Assembly (NCBI GenBank): GCA_028534125.1
Contig: CM052817.1
Location: 16,308,001 to 16,372,000 of the forward strand
Length of the DNA: 64,000 bases
Direction of reading: 5' to 3'
Source: Lama glama
Taxonomy: Eukaryota
The notes beneath the pieces were generated by a model. The model saw nothing but the letters and a program-made list of their open reading frames with translations, did no database searches and had not been told where the DNA came from. Positions within the stretch are counted from its first letter, which is position 1. Every line of letters begins with the position of its first letter. Position numbers and translations under genes: made by a program. This document shows positions 51,731 to 64,000 of this stretch, one piece after another.

Positions 51731-52804
51731 AATAGTGTGCTTCTGTCAGTTTCCTGGCATGAAATATCCAAAAACAGCACCTTAGAAAGTCAAGTTTAAC
51801 TATATTTTTTAATTAAGTAGTAAAATATCCAGAAAGAAAGTATTCCTTATATTTTAAAAGGCAGAACAAAAGAAGTATTTGTCCTAATTTTGAAGAGGAA
51901 ACTCCTTTTTTAGCAAAAGTCCTTTTGGGTTGGTGCTTAAAGGAATGTTCCTGCCTCTATGTTCTGATCCTTTTTGAAACCGGGGCTGATATCTGTAAAT
52001 TCCCAGAAGGAGTCAAAGGTTATTTTTCTATCCAAATGATCAATAAAGATTTCAGCATCTATTTCAAGCCCTGCACTGCATTTAATGTGTGGCTCATGTA
52101 AATAATAAAAAAAAAAGTGAGGCATTTATAAATCAAATAAGAAAAGTCTGCAACTATTTAAGTACAACAGATACAAGAGAATTAATAACAGCAAGCATTC
52201 ACGCAATGCTGACTATTTATGAAGACTTTTAAAACACCTTTTCTGCCTAAATATAAGATTGGGCATTTTCCCAAAATTCTCCCGAAAAGAGGGATATTCA
52301 AATATTTTCAAAGGCTCTCATATTACAGAACATTCTCTAATCACTTTATTTCAGCAACTAAGTAATGCTCGGGGAAGACTCATTTGCCTAAAATGATGTC
52401 AGTCTATGCTTTTTTGAGGTGCTGTGAGAGGTCACTTGACAGAACCAGTTAGAGAGGAAGCAAAGACGTTTAACACAGATTTAGTCATTGCTCCTGGAGT
52501 GAGGCCCTGCAATGCAAATGTCTGAAATCATTGTAAACAAGCATTTTAAAAATAACTACCTAAATGAGTATAATGCACATTTATTTAACATTTATTTTAT
52601 TTCTGGGTCTGTACTCAATGCCGCTGTAATAAAAAAGGTTTCAGAAAGCAAGCTCTCCTTCCACTATAATGATCCTGCCTAAGAGAACGCTTTACAGTTT
52701 ATAAACACTCCCCCAAACATCATCATACTCGATTTTACTACCACAGTAGAAGAAGGAATATGGCCGAACTTCTGGGGAAATGAACCAACATTTATTTTAA
52801 TACA

Positions 52805-52940
52805 GGGGGCAGGGTGTAGCTCCAGTGGTAGAGCGTATGCTTAGCATGCACAAGGTCCTGGGTTCAATCCCCAGTACCTCCTCCAAAAATAAATAAACTT
52901 AATTACCTGCCCCCCTGCCAAAATAAAATAATTAAATAAA
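52805..52940 (+). mobile_element. Camelid tRNA-derived SINE (vic-1 type)
   Basis: Near-consensus head with intact B box; perfect TSD TATTTTAATACA at 52793-52804 and 52941-52952. Confidence 0.93.
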
Positions 52941-54294
52941 TATTTTAATACACATAAACAGGAATCAATGCATTGGGTTTGTCTGTTGGTTTGCTTAGAA
53001 ATTTGCTCTTTAAGACCAGTTAAATTGGGGGAAATAACTTTAAAATTATTTCTAATGCATCTGTTACTAGCAGAGTCAAAAAATCAACTCGCAATGGAGT
53101 CCTACTTCCTAAAACAACAAGCCTTTGACAAACATTGTAAAGATGATTCTATTCCCTTTTACAACTTTTATTTTGGCTCTTTTCACGATGCTCTGTAACC
53201 CTGTTAGTTTGACATCACAAAAAGGAAGTAAAGGATTTCGTTAGCACTACTGCATGGGCCGCAGAGTGTGTCCTCCACTTCACATGCTACTTGACTTTCT
53301 AGCTTGGATGACTAATTTTAATCCAGAAAACATTCAGCAGTCTATTAAAATGCAACAAGATCCAAAATAAAACTTTACGTTGGATTTACTGTAAAATTAA
53401 ACCGTGCTCTTGACGTTGTCAACAGAGCAGATTTTTAAATGATGCCAAGACCTTAACTTTCAACTAGGTTTGAAAGCTTTCTTGCTTGCTTGTGACAGAA
53501 TAGAATAGAAAGCATTGGGACTGCTGGGGGGATGACCGCAAATTCACCCTTGGAACGCCTTACTTGTAAATTTCCAAAGTTGGACTAATGACCCCATCAC
53601 CTCACCCCTTCTATTCTCTATGTAACATTATTTTTCTTTCTTGATACTTCACACAGTTTAAAGGAGAGAACTGATAAATGGATGGATGGGTGGACAAATG
53701 CACAGACAGGGATGAACAGATGATAGATTGATATGTGTATACATATGTATATAGATACAAAAGGATTTATATATTTTATATATATATATATATGTGTGTG
53801 TGTCTCATAAATGTCATATGATCTTTCTCCCTCCTACTAAATTAAAGCTCCTTGAGGGCAGGGACAAGCACAATAAATTGTAGATGCTCAATAAAATTGA
53901 CTGAATGAAAAAAAATCAACAAGAATCAAAAAAAGGAACAACCCTTAACAACTACTCCGTAACAAATTTCTCCTGTGCTTTCTTTCTGCCTGGACCGTCC
54001 CCTCTGCTTCATTCCCACCCTCATTCTCACCAGCCCAAATTCTCCCCATTTTTCAAAGCCTAAACCAAATGTCACTGCCTCCTTAAAAGTCCTGCAATTC
54101 TTCCAGCCAACAGGAAACTCCCATCATCCAAATGACCGCAGCACTGTTATGTGCTCCTTTCTTAAAGCACTACCCATTTTCTAACCTTCTCTGCATAGAG
54201 ATGAGGCACCACTAGAAAGCCACCCCCATGCTGAAGGCAGCAGGTTTTATTCATCTTTGATTTTCCTCTGTCATCCATGGGCTCATCCACCTGA

Positions 54295-54570
54295 AGGCAA
54301 CCCAGCATGGTGGATAAAACGTGGGCTCAGAAGCCAGACATGATAGGTACAAATCCTGACTGGACCACTTATTGGCTGTGTGATCTTGGTTGAGTCACTT
54401 CACCTCTCTGTGCCTCAGCTTCCACATCTGTAATAGGTAATAAGCAATACTGATAATAGTAGCTACTTCCAGGATTATTTTGATGACAAAATGAGTTAAT
54501 CTCTGTAAAGCACTTTAAAGGGTTTCTGGAAGGTTATAGGAAGTATTAAATGCAAGGATTCTATTATTAT
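54295..54570 (+). mobile_element. Near full-length MIR
   Basis: CAAATCCTGAC...CACTTATTGGCTGTGTGATCTTGG...CTCTGTGCCTCAG...ATCTGTAA...TGTAAAGCACTT. Confidence 0.88.
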
Positions 54571-57500
54571 TGAGTCAGTCTAATGTACTGAGAGTCTACC
54601 ACGCACCAGGTACGTGGCTGGGCTGCCCCATCAGTAGGGACTCTGTAAATATTTGAGGACTGGCCAATAGGACCTAACACTGACTCAAGCTCTTCATTAC
54701 TCAATAACAAAGGCCTTGCCTGGTCCAGGGTCTCACTTTGTCTTAATAAACATCCTAGCGTTGGGTATCATCATTCCTCCTTTCATGCAGAAGCAAATGG
54801 AGCCTTTTCTGCTTGGAACTGCACAAGCACATATTTGACGGTGAAAAGTCTCCACAGTGTTCACCTCGCAAGCCCTCCAACTTCCAGAGATTTTTTTTTC
54901 CACTCCCTCCTGCAGCTCCCTCAACTTCACTCGGAGCGTCTTTTTTAGCATCTGTTCAGCCTGACTCCTGTCATTAGATACATTCTTGTGTGTTTATAAT
55001 GCACCACTGATTTGTTTCAGACTCAGTCATGGGATCTAAAAATAAAGTGATGTTGAACATATTTCTTTCCATATTAACTTTAAAGAAATAGATTAATCTT
55101 TTAGAAATAATCAAAAATGAATGATTCACTCAGCATGTAGCAGTTACCAAAAAATAAAGAATTAAAATTAAAACCCCTCAGATTCCCACTTTTCTTTCTT
55201 TCTCCTCTCTGACTTTATTAAGTATATACCTCATAATTTTTCATTTTAAAAATTAAGGGACCTAGGGAGCCCATGGTAAACCAGTTATGTTCTCCCCTGG
55301 GGAAGAACATGATTCCCCAGCGGAGCACACACTCTGCAGCCTTAAATGAAGGCTGGATTCATTTACTCTCCAGGTCAAATTCCCATATTCAAAAATGACA
55401 CTGCAGAATGGTCCTCATCATTCTAAGAGATGGAGTAAAGAGCAGTAAGTAAAGGGACGTATATAAAGGTATGAAAGTTGCTTGCTGAAATTTCAACCAT
55501 CTTCCAACACATCTGTTTTGTCTATTACAGGCCAGGCAGGACGAGGGGTCCAGAAGAAGGCAAGGTTCCTTCCCCAGGGAGCTTCCTAAGAGATATGGGA
55601 GGTGAGATGACCCCCTTAGCAGCGATGGCACAGGATGGAAAGGGTTATGGGCAGGAAGTGATGGGAGTGGGACAGGGAAATTAACTCTTGCTGATATACA
55701 AATACGATCCATCTATTTGAGAAATCATTTTAAATGTTTCCCCTCTTCAGCACACACTCACACACACCCATTTTGACCATATGCTTGTCTTCTTTCTTTG
55801 GTGCCTGAAAACACTCTCTCACTCATGAGCCCTTGGGTGTTGATCTCAAGCCACCGACTAGGCTTGGTGGCATCCTTTTAGTCAATTCGATGCTTTCTTA
55901 TTCCTCAGAAAGGGTTACATCTGCAAATAAAAATACATTCTGGCTGCAGCACTAAATAATGAGGCAAACTGCAGTTTATAAAATGCAGTCATTCCACGCC
56001 ACATTTCATTTTGGAAGAGGGAGGGCTACAGTCAACTGTGAACAATTACCAAATCGTCAATGGAATTCAATAAATGTTGTTTAAAAAAACTAATTATTTG
56101 TTACAATAACCAGCTACTACTGCCACTTTGTATTTGGAGGTTTGTAAACTACTTCCATTTGAAATGTAATTGATTCCATTTTTATCATTTGTTCAAGTTT
56201 ATGTGGTTGTTCTCATCCTAAGAGATGATAACATCTATTTTCAGCAAATTATACATTATAATTCCTCATTCAAAAGCTGTAACAGAAAACAAAATGCTAA
56301 TTTATGCTGTAAACGAAACTACAGAATCATAATCATTCATTGTTAACTTTAGGGACTGGCCTGCTACTGGAAATAATAAACTGGAGCAAAATGTGGTAGG
56401 GGTTGTTGGTTTGAGTTTTCTTTCTTTCTCTTTGTGCTTTTTTGCTTGTTTTGTTTCGTTGTTGCACAACTAACACAGTTTCTAATACGCTTTTAGGCAA
56501 GAGATTACATGGATCTTCTGTCTTCTCCCACATATAAGCCAGACATTCCCTGCCCCGTAGCTATTACCTGCAGTTCGATATTTCAAATCTACAGGAAGAT
56601 GTGCTCACAAAGCCAGCAGACGTGCACACCGAAGAGGGGCAGCATATTAGAACCACACACCTGATTTCCCACATTTCATGAAGCCTCCACGCCCACATCT
56701 CCCTTTAGGGTAGGGATCATCCCCTTCCCCCTGCCTCTCCCATATAGGCATCCCCCTGGCACTTCCTCGTCAAGGTGAGCCTTCCCCGTGGCAAGCGTCC
56801 CCTCTGTAACAGGGAATACATGGAATAAACAAACAAACAGAAAGCCGGCAACTTTAGTACATCAGGTCTATTCTTATGAACCAAAAAATAGGGGGAGATG
56901 GCGTCTGGTTCCATATCACACACTCTGCTTTCCTTAAAATGACTATCTTCAAGTGAAAAAATGGTAACATCACCTAATGGCATTTTCTCCTTTCCTCTTT
57001 TTAAAAAATGTATAACCCAAAAGAAAGAAATATTCCAATATAATTATTAGATCAAAAATATGAATTCTTTGAAGGAACCGAAAAGTCACTCGGCCGTCTA
57101 GAGTAAATCACTTTTCTGCTGCCCTTTTATTTTATGCCGTCTGCTGTCCACATTCACCTCTCCACCAGCAAAGTGTGGTCATTGATTTCCTATGGTCTCT
57201 CTGGAAGGAAGTTCTGCTTCCTTGATGATGACTACAAAGGGGAGGTGACCCCATTCTCATTCCAATGCAGACTCTGCACTTTTACATCTCCGCCAGGGCC
57301 ACAGGAACGTGAAACCAGAGAGACACTCTTTGCCCTCTTCATAGAGACTATCTTGCTGTAACTACTGACATTTAATGTTTCCCCTCCCCTTCCCACAACT
57401 ATACTTTAGAAGATCATAACACAAGGGATGAACCACTAAAAGGCTGAGTTCATGATGGACATAAAAGTTAGGTGCGTGATTTGGAACAGAAGACACCTGT

Positions 57501-58189
57501 TATAACGTGGTCATGATGAGAAAGGGAAATCTCAGTCTGAGTTACAAACAAAACCAACACAGCACAAACCCAAAATGACATGAGTTTGCTTATAAAAGAG
57601 TGAGTTATGCCTCCAAAAACATATATATTCATATACATATATGTTCTACATAAATATATACGTAAGTTAGGGTTTTGGTGTATCTGAATGATTATTTTTT
57701 AAATTATTCCATTCATGTATCTTAAAATTACATTTCTTCTGTAAAGTGTTATTTTACTGATGCTCACGTACATTTGGAACGAGCCCTCTACTAAATCATA
57801 ATTCTGATGTTGGGAGCTGGCAATCGGAAGACTTTGTCTCCCTCTCAAACTGGATCAAGCATTCCAACCAAAAAGAATGGTGAAATCAAATTTAGTCCAT
57901 CACCAAGAAAAAAAATAAGTAAAGCATCAGGTAGTTATGATTGATTTCACCAAAACAGAAGATATCACCCCGTTCCCAAAGAGAATTGTGTCTGGTTATA
58001 TAAATAGCCGGAAAACACTATATTCAATTTAAAATAAAGTTAAATAAATAAATAGCCAGAAAAACATGAGCAAACTTTGACAAGTGAAGGAGAGGTCCAC
58101 TATTTCATGAAGCTAGCAAATGAATGACAGCATAATAAACTTGCTAGAAATGTACATGTGGCCACACAATGTCTTTACATTGTACTGGA

Positions 58190-58390
58190 GAGTAGGTCCA
58201 GTGTGGAGAGCAAGAGTCAGCTGGGACTCTGAGCTCTGCAACCAGACTGCTGGAGGCTATCCTGGTTTTTCACCTAACTAGCACTGAGGTCTTAACTCTC
58301 TGTGCCTTATTTGCTTCATCTATAAAATGTGAATGATAATAAAAGTAGCTCTCATATGTTGTGGAGATTAAATGAGTCAAATACATTGAA
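58190..58390 (+). mobile_element. MIR
   Basis: CTCTCTGTGCCTTATTTGCTTCATCTATAAAATG...GGAGATTAAATGAG core. Confidence 0.75.
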
Positions 58391-61300
58391 TTAAATACAT
58401 TTAATTTGGAACGGAGTTAATAAACTGTAGCTGTCCTCACTGCACTTTGGTTCCCAATTTCAGGCTAACAGAACTTTATACAGAAAAGGGAAAAATACTT
58501 TCAAGCAGTGTCTTAAGGAAGCTAGCCTTACTGGAAGACCCACAACCAATCCAAGTTACTACAAGTCTCTTTCATTTTTCTATCTACTGAAGAAAAACCC
58601 AAAGTTGGAGAAACTGGGGTTGGGTGAGCTGGATTTATAGGTAGATTTCTAAAATTTATTTAAGGTAAATATATAGAAATGTACCTAAAAACTAGTTTCC
58701 AGTTCATATGCACATCTTCAGAATTAATATAAAAAAGTCCAATTTATACTTTTTAAACTTTAAAATAATGGCTTTCCAAAAACCTTGTAAACAGAAGACA
58801 CCCCCAAGTCTTGGCTCATCTTCCTGTATTCAAACATTGTTACTACTTTAAGAATTATGAAATACCCAGAAAGGAAGGGGAAAAAATATTGAACTCTTTA
58901 TAGTACTTGGGCTGATGGAAAAGAAGTGTTCCTCAGTGGGCTGCTTCTGCTTTGACCATCCATACTGATGGAAGGAATGCCAAGCCAAAAAAAAAAAAAA
59001 AAAAGGCAGTCAGCACAAGCATTCAACAACTTACCCAAGTCCATTCTTAATTCTGCACTGAAACATCTATCCTGCTTGAAAAGATAGCATGAGTACAAAG
59101 AATCACAAGTACTGGCTAACAAAGGTCCAAGGCTGAATTCAAAACAATCGCCGTCTACTCTAAGAAGATAGTGTGTGTCCCTCTAAGGGTGTCATTTTCT
59201 ATTTCTGTTCTGGTAAATGTGAGGGAGTGGCAGGGGTAGAGGGGAGAGAAAGAACAGTTAAAAAGCAGAGTCTGGTGGTGATGTCTTTTTCACAAACTCC
59301 GGTTAAGCTACCCAGTAACCAAAGAACTGGTCAATCGGATGAATAGTCAGATGTCTGGCCTCATGGACACCCAAGCAGTCAGCTAATTGGCTCCATTTTT
59401 CACTTTCAATTGATTGCTTCAATATCATACAGACCTGGCTGGCTTCGATTGGGGCTTACATAGGGACAACTAATAAGGTGACCCAGGTCCAGGCGGCATG
59501 CAGGAATGACCACCCCGCAGTCAGCTTCACGATGGAGCTGGAAAGCTTAAACAACTACGGGAGAGACTCGCAGGTTGAAAAGCACAACATAAAAAGATAG
59601 AACTGGGTTCTGGAAGCTTGCACTACTGCCATCCCTAGGCGTGAAACTGTAAATTAAAGAATGGTCTGTTGTCTGCTGCACTGAGCCAAACCAGAGACAT
59701 TTCACAGACACACTTTAATTGGGGTTTTCATTCTAATTGAAGAAATAAATTCCACCTAAGCAGATGCTCCCCGCCCCCACTCTCCCTATGGTATGTTTTG
59801 CATGTTGGCAAGTGGGTGCAAAATTTCTGCAACATAGTCTCTTCAGATATAAGATGGAATTTCCCAGTTTTTAAATGGTAACAGATGCCGTTTCGGTTCT
59901 AATACACATTGGGCTCTCTCCAAAAAAAAAAAAAAATCACCCCAATCCACCCCCCAACTCAGCGCTTTAATAATAAAATGTCACAGAATAACTAAAAATC
60001 TTCCAGTCAGCAATGATTCGTGTTTGGGTGTTTTGGTTTTGGTTTTGTGTTTAGTAATGAATAAATGCCCCAGTTGTTTCCAAATTTCTAGGTCTCTATA
60101 TAAAGAACCTCCATCTTCATTATTTTTTTCACTTGCTTGTTTATAACCAGAGGTGTCATAATCATGTTTCTTGTGAAAATGAAAGTAATCAAAATGCCTT
60201 GTGATTCCAGGAAAAGAGCTTCTTAGGGAGACATGCCTGCCTGCTATTGATGTTGTAAAAAGGCTCCTTTTACATGGTATTAGATGTTGAGAGCATATCA
60301 TATTGATCTAGAAATAAAAAGCTTGATTTTATTTTTTTAGTACAGTGAACCCTTACCTTCAAAAGCACTTTATAACACTAGGCATAGGGTTTTATTTTTA
60401 ATTGAGGTAGAGTAAACAAATTATATTTGAAGAGCATTGCTATTTTTAGGGAATGGGGAGGTTTTGTGACCTTTTTGGCAGCAATTCAGGCAAAAATTAT
60501 GAATAAATTTCACTCTTTCAAATTTGGCCCAGGCCTCCCCCTAGCAGCCCTGCCCAGAGTCCAAGATGAGAGAGTTAGGGTTGCCTTTGTTTAATCCTTT
60601 TTCTCCAAAGGAATAGTTAGGAGCAGGTTTCTTAGTCATTTTCCCATGCTCAAATGCTGAAAATGCAAACTGGAGATCCCTAAGAATTACCTAGATCCTT
60701 GCACACATATATTCTTCATCTCTGACAATGGTGACAGGGCCGCCTTGGAAACCGCAAATCCTGGTAAGGCGCACTGCCTGGCTGCATTTACCTCCAGAGA
60801 TTAAAGCCTCTGTAGCACTCGAGGGCACCTCTCTCTAATGATGTACATCTCTCATTTGTTTCTGTACTTCATCTTAAAGTTCATACCGCACCACTGGAAG
60901 AAGAAATCAATATTTTAAATAATCTCCCTTTCCCCACCGTGCAATGCCACTGCACTGAGAGTAGCATGCCACCCAGTACCGGCCTGGGAGCTAATCGTCC
61001 TCCACAGAGCAGAGCCAGCTGCTTCGTCAGAAATTCTTTCCGATTTTCTTAGCAACATGAGTCTCCCTTTCTAGAACAAAGATCTCGCCTTTTGGGAAAA
61101 TGCTTTTCCAAACCAAGTTAAACTAACTTTACCAGGACAAACCGATAGTTTTCCTCTTTTGAAAACGCCCCCCAACCCCTTCTCTGGTTCTCTCCTTCCT
61201 TTACTCCTATCCTGCCCCGCACCCCTCTCTCTCACCCACCTCCTTTGGTTTCCAAGGAGTTTGCACGTGATTGCCTGTCTTGCAAAATCGGGCCGTAGCC

Positions 61301-61649
61301 CTTCGCTTTTAAACGCTCTCAAACGACTTGTTTCCTATCTCGTTAAAGATGTTGCCAATCTCCCATCGCTGTAAAGCTGTATCACTGAGTGCTTCCGTAC
61401 ACCCAATTCTCCTTTCTACCTTCCTTGGGAAGAAAATAAATTGCTCGAGTTTCGCGGCCCCGAGGTGCAGGTCGGAGGTACGCGCCTAGAAACTTATCCT
61501 AATGCATCTGACTCCAGGACTGGGGGGCGCGGCACTGCCAAGGAATCCCGAACCCGGGCTGGGCTTGTGTGGGGTGAGTGGTTCAAGCCTTTCCTACGCG
61601 TCTCGGTCCTCAAAGACGAGATGGGGTTGGTTTCTGACTCATCGACAAT

Positions 61650-61714
61650 CGCACACACGCACACATGCACACACGCACACATGCACACACGCACGCGCAC
61701 ACACACACACACAC
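61650..61714 (+). repeat. Mixed (CA)/(CG) alternating purine-pyrimidine tract
   Basis: Direct inspection; a second such tract lies at 62684-62737. Confidence 0.9.
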
Positions 61715-63727
61715 AGTCGGGCGTACGCCAGCTCCTGGATAGCTGGAGTTTGCCCAGCCGAAGGGGTCGTTGGCTCTCGACAATCTGGAGGAGGCGTGGG
61801 GAGGCACGGGGAGCACCCGGGCCCCGCCAGATCGGGCAGAGTGGCCTGGAGAAAGCCTCCAGCGCCACGGGCAACCGGGGCACCCCTCGAGCCCCACAAC
61901 TCCAGAGCCCGCCCGACCACCTCGGCAGTTCCTGCAAGTTTCTGCTCACAGCGGGGCCTCCCCTTTCCCGTTTGCCTCGCCCGGAACCCCTGCTTCACGC
62001 GCCTGGGCCGCCCGCCCGCGTCCCCCCGCCGCGGAGCTCGGCGCCCCGCGAGCGGCCGGCGCGCTTCCGGGAGCTGCCCAGACGCCCCCACCCGCCGCGG
62101 CGGCCCGGCGGTCTGGCTGGAGCTCGCCGCCGTCTCCCGCTGCTGCTACCGCGGCGGCAGGAGCCTCTCCCAGGCTCCCGGGCCGCCCTTATGTATTATT
62201 CACTCGGATGGCCACGGCGCTTTCTGGAGAGCCCACGCCGGAGACGCGAGGTCTGCGCCCGGCGACTACTAGTTCGGCGATCTCAGTTTCTTGGAAACTG
62301 GGGGTGATGCGGGGGAGGCGGAGCGCATTTTTTGGTTGTTTTGCTTTGGGGGTTGGCTTTTTGGCCGGGAGCTCGCAAGAGCGCGTTGCGCCCTGGGCCC
62401 GGGAAGGAGCGCGCCAGAGCCGGCGAGTGCGACGAGCAGCCCCGCCAGCGGCCGAGGCAGGCGGACTGGCTGGGGAAAAGAGATGCAGCGGCGGCCGGGC
62501 GAGCCAGGCAGAACGGTGCTCTTTTCCTCGACACCCCCAGCCCGCCGGCCAGCTCCCCCCGCGGCGCTCGCTCCACCGGGCCCGGGAATCCCCCGCGCCT
62601 CAGACCGCCCTCCGAGTTGCTGCCGCCTTTCACCATTGCTCCTTCACCTAGCCTCCGGCCCCCAACTTTCCCCAGCCTGGACTCGCGCGCGCGTACACAC
62701 ACTTACACACGCACACGCACACACACACACACGCACACCCCTCCCCTCTCTCGACTCCAGCTCCACTTCCCCGTGTAGTTTGGAGATGACAGATGCCTGT
62801 AGACTTTCACCAAACAAGCGGTGGGGGCAGCAGACTACAACAGTTCTTTAATTAAAAGGCATTTTTCCTCTCTTTCTCGCTCTGGCTCCCAGAATAGCTT
62901 TTGCACCCCTAGACCTTGAGCACACGCCTGTCTCTACCGGTTACCAGTGGCCCGCTAACACCCATCTCCTTCCACGCCCCCCCTTCCGGCGTCTACCCCC
63001 AGTTTCTTCGCGCCCCCCCGAGTCACACCGACATGCACACCTAGAGGCCGGCGGTGGGGAGCGTCGAGGGCACGATGCAGCCGGACTGCATTGCACAGTC
63101 ATCAAAGTTAAGTGTGTGTGTTTGTGGGGTGCTTGGGCGCGCCGGGGGAGGCGCGGGGTCATGGGCAACGGAGCAGCCACTCTGCCCCCCCTCCCCGGGG
63201 TCAAGGGACGCCTCCACTTGAGATTGCAGCCATTTTAGGGAAAGAGGTGGCTCCGGGCCCAGGGGGAGTGGAGGGGGAACAGCACGTCGCGGGGGACTCA
63301 CAGCTCCGCAACCCCTCGGCGCAACTGGAGGGCGGGCAGGCGCCGGGCGCACAGGGGCGCGGCGCCCGAGGCGACTTGGGGAAGGTTGCGCTCGAGTTCC
63401 CTGGTTTTGCCTGGAGTTGTTCGGGGTAACGTGCCGGCTCCTACCTCTCTAGGGTTCCCGCTGGGCTGGGAGGTTGGGGGGGAGGGTGGTTTGGATGGTA
63501 GATTGGAAAAGGGAGGGACGCGACAGACCCTGGAGACTAGAGATCTAGTGCTAGGGGAAGGGGGGACACCTCCTCTCGCCGGTTGGCACGGACCCAGACG
63601 GTGCGACCCACTTGGCCCCCTATCCTCCCCACCCCCTCCCGAGCCTCTGCCTCCCCACCGAGTGCCAAGTGAGCTCACGGCGGGGGGCACAGGGCGCGAC
63701 GCCGCCCGGCACCGAGCCACCCCTTAC

Positions 63728-63814
63728 CTGGTTGGAAGGGGTTTCCCAGGAGGAGCCGTAGTTGTAAAAGAAGGAAGGGAAGAAGGTGTCTTCCGACAGC
63801 CCGCAGCCCGCCAT
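63728..63814 (-). CDS. Candidate uORF, first 29 codons (MAGCGLSEDTFFPSFFYNYGSSWETPSNQ), open at a phase-0 donor
   Basis: ATG in strong Kozak context AGC-ATG-G; exactly 87 nt without a stop up to the donor. Confidence 0.4.
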
Positions 63815-64000
63815 GCTCTGGATGCAAATAAAATGAGGAAAGAAAGAAAAAAAAAAGCACACACACAAAAGCAACCAAAATTTTTCAAAATAAAATTAAA
63901 CCAATAAGCGAAGAAAAAATTCTCTCGAAAAAATAAAGAAAAGGAGGGGGAAGGGAACGGCAAAGGGAACGAAAACTCTCGGCGGTGCTCCCTCTCCGGC
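63728..64000 (-). other. ZHX2: First (5' UTR) exon, 3' portion, of a minus-strand gene, probably ZHX2; runs off the window end
   Basis: Lies in a CpG island and ends in a consensus donor CAG|GTAAGG (GT at 63727-63726). The sequence ...GCATCCAGAGCATGGCGGGCTGCGGGCTGTCGGAAGACACC...GAAACCCCTTCCAACCAG resembles recalled human ZHX2 exon 1, and the lack of another exon for >60 kb fits a very long intron 1. Gene identity is from memory, not a search. Confidence 0.6.

Larger units (their letters stand above)
1..63727 (-). other. Large first intron of the same gene (acceptor not identified in window)
   Basis: Begins at the GT donor at 63727; repeat-rich; no recognisable coding exon. Confidence 0.65.
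61440..64000. promoter_or_regulatory. CpG island (promoter / 5' end of gene)
   Basis: Abrupt rise in GC and CpG density, GC-box-like motifs, no interspersed repeats. Confidence 0.95.

Noticed and set aside
6112..52519. Scattered intronic octamer (ATGCAAAT) and AP-1 motifs
   Set aside because: Counts are close to random expectation for this length and base composition.
1681..52940. tRNA-Ala-like sequences (six copies)
   Set aside because: They carry SINE tails, TSDs and mutations; these are SINEs, not tRNA genes.
61441..63963. Many overlapping 100-290 aa ORFs in the CpG island
   Set aside because: Expected from stop-codon scarcity in GC-rich DNA; low-complexity Arg/Pro/Gly/Ala translations, many with non-ATG starts.
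1..64000. CRISPR arrays, operons or other prokaryote-type systems
   Set aside because: Sequence is mammalian intronic DNA; no repeat-spacer arrays or gene clusters seen.
63728..64000. FOXP1 as alternative identity for the first exon
   Set aside because: Considered from memory; the ZHX2 5' UTR structure fit better and I saw no FOXP1 landmark such as a MIR1284-like hairpin. A BLAST of 63728-64000 would settle it.

Overview
Mammalian genomic DNA, most likely camelid (alpaca/llama/camel), judged from six tRNA-Ala-derived vic-1-type SINEs and cetartiodactyl-type L1 3' ends. I find no convincing protein-coding exon. The right end (about 61.4-64 kb) is a CpG island holding the 3' part of a minus-strand first exon ending in a canonical CAG|GTAAGG donor at 63727, so the remaining ~63.7 kb is probably one large first intron. 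The exon resembles my recollection of the ZHX2 5' UTR exon 1 (not verifiable here). The intron carries ordinary MIR, L2, L1M, MLT and MER repeats. Standouts: an ancient LF-SINE next to a CpG/ETS-rich patch (about 32.6-33.1 kb); three chimeric retroposons each bounded by one target-site duplication (two L1/L1, one SINE/L1) whose breakpoints cluster at the same L1 3' UTR motif; a strong-Kozak uORF crossing the first intron; a near-consensus CTCF site; and a 100-bp local duplication. The listed long ORFs appear spurious. Repeat family names come from remembered consensus sequences, not a database search.
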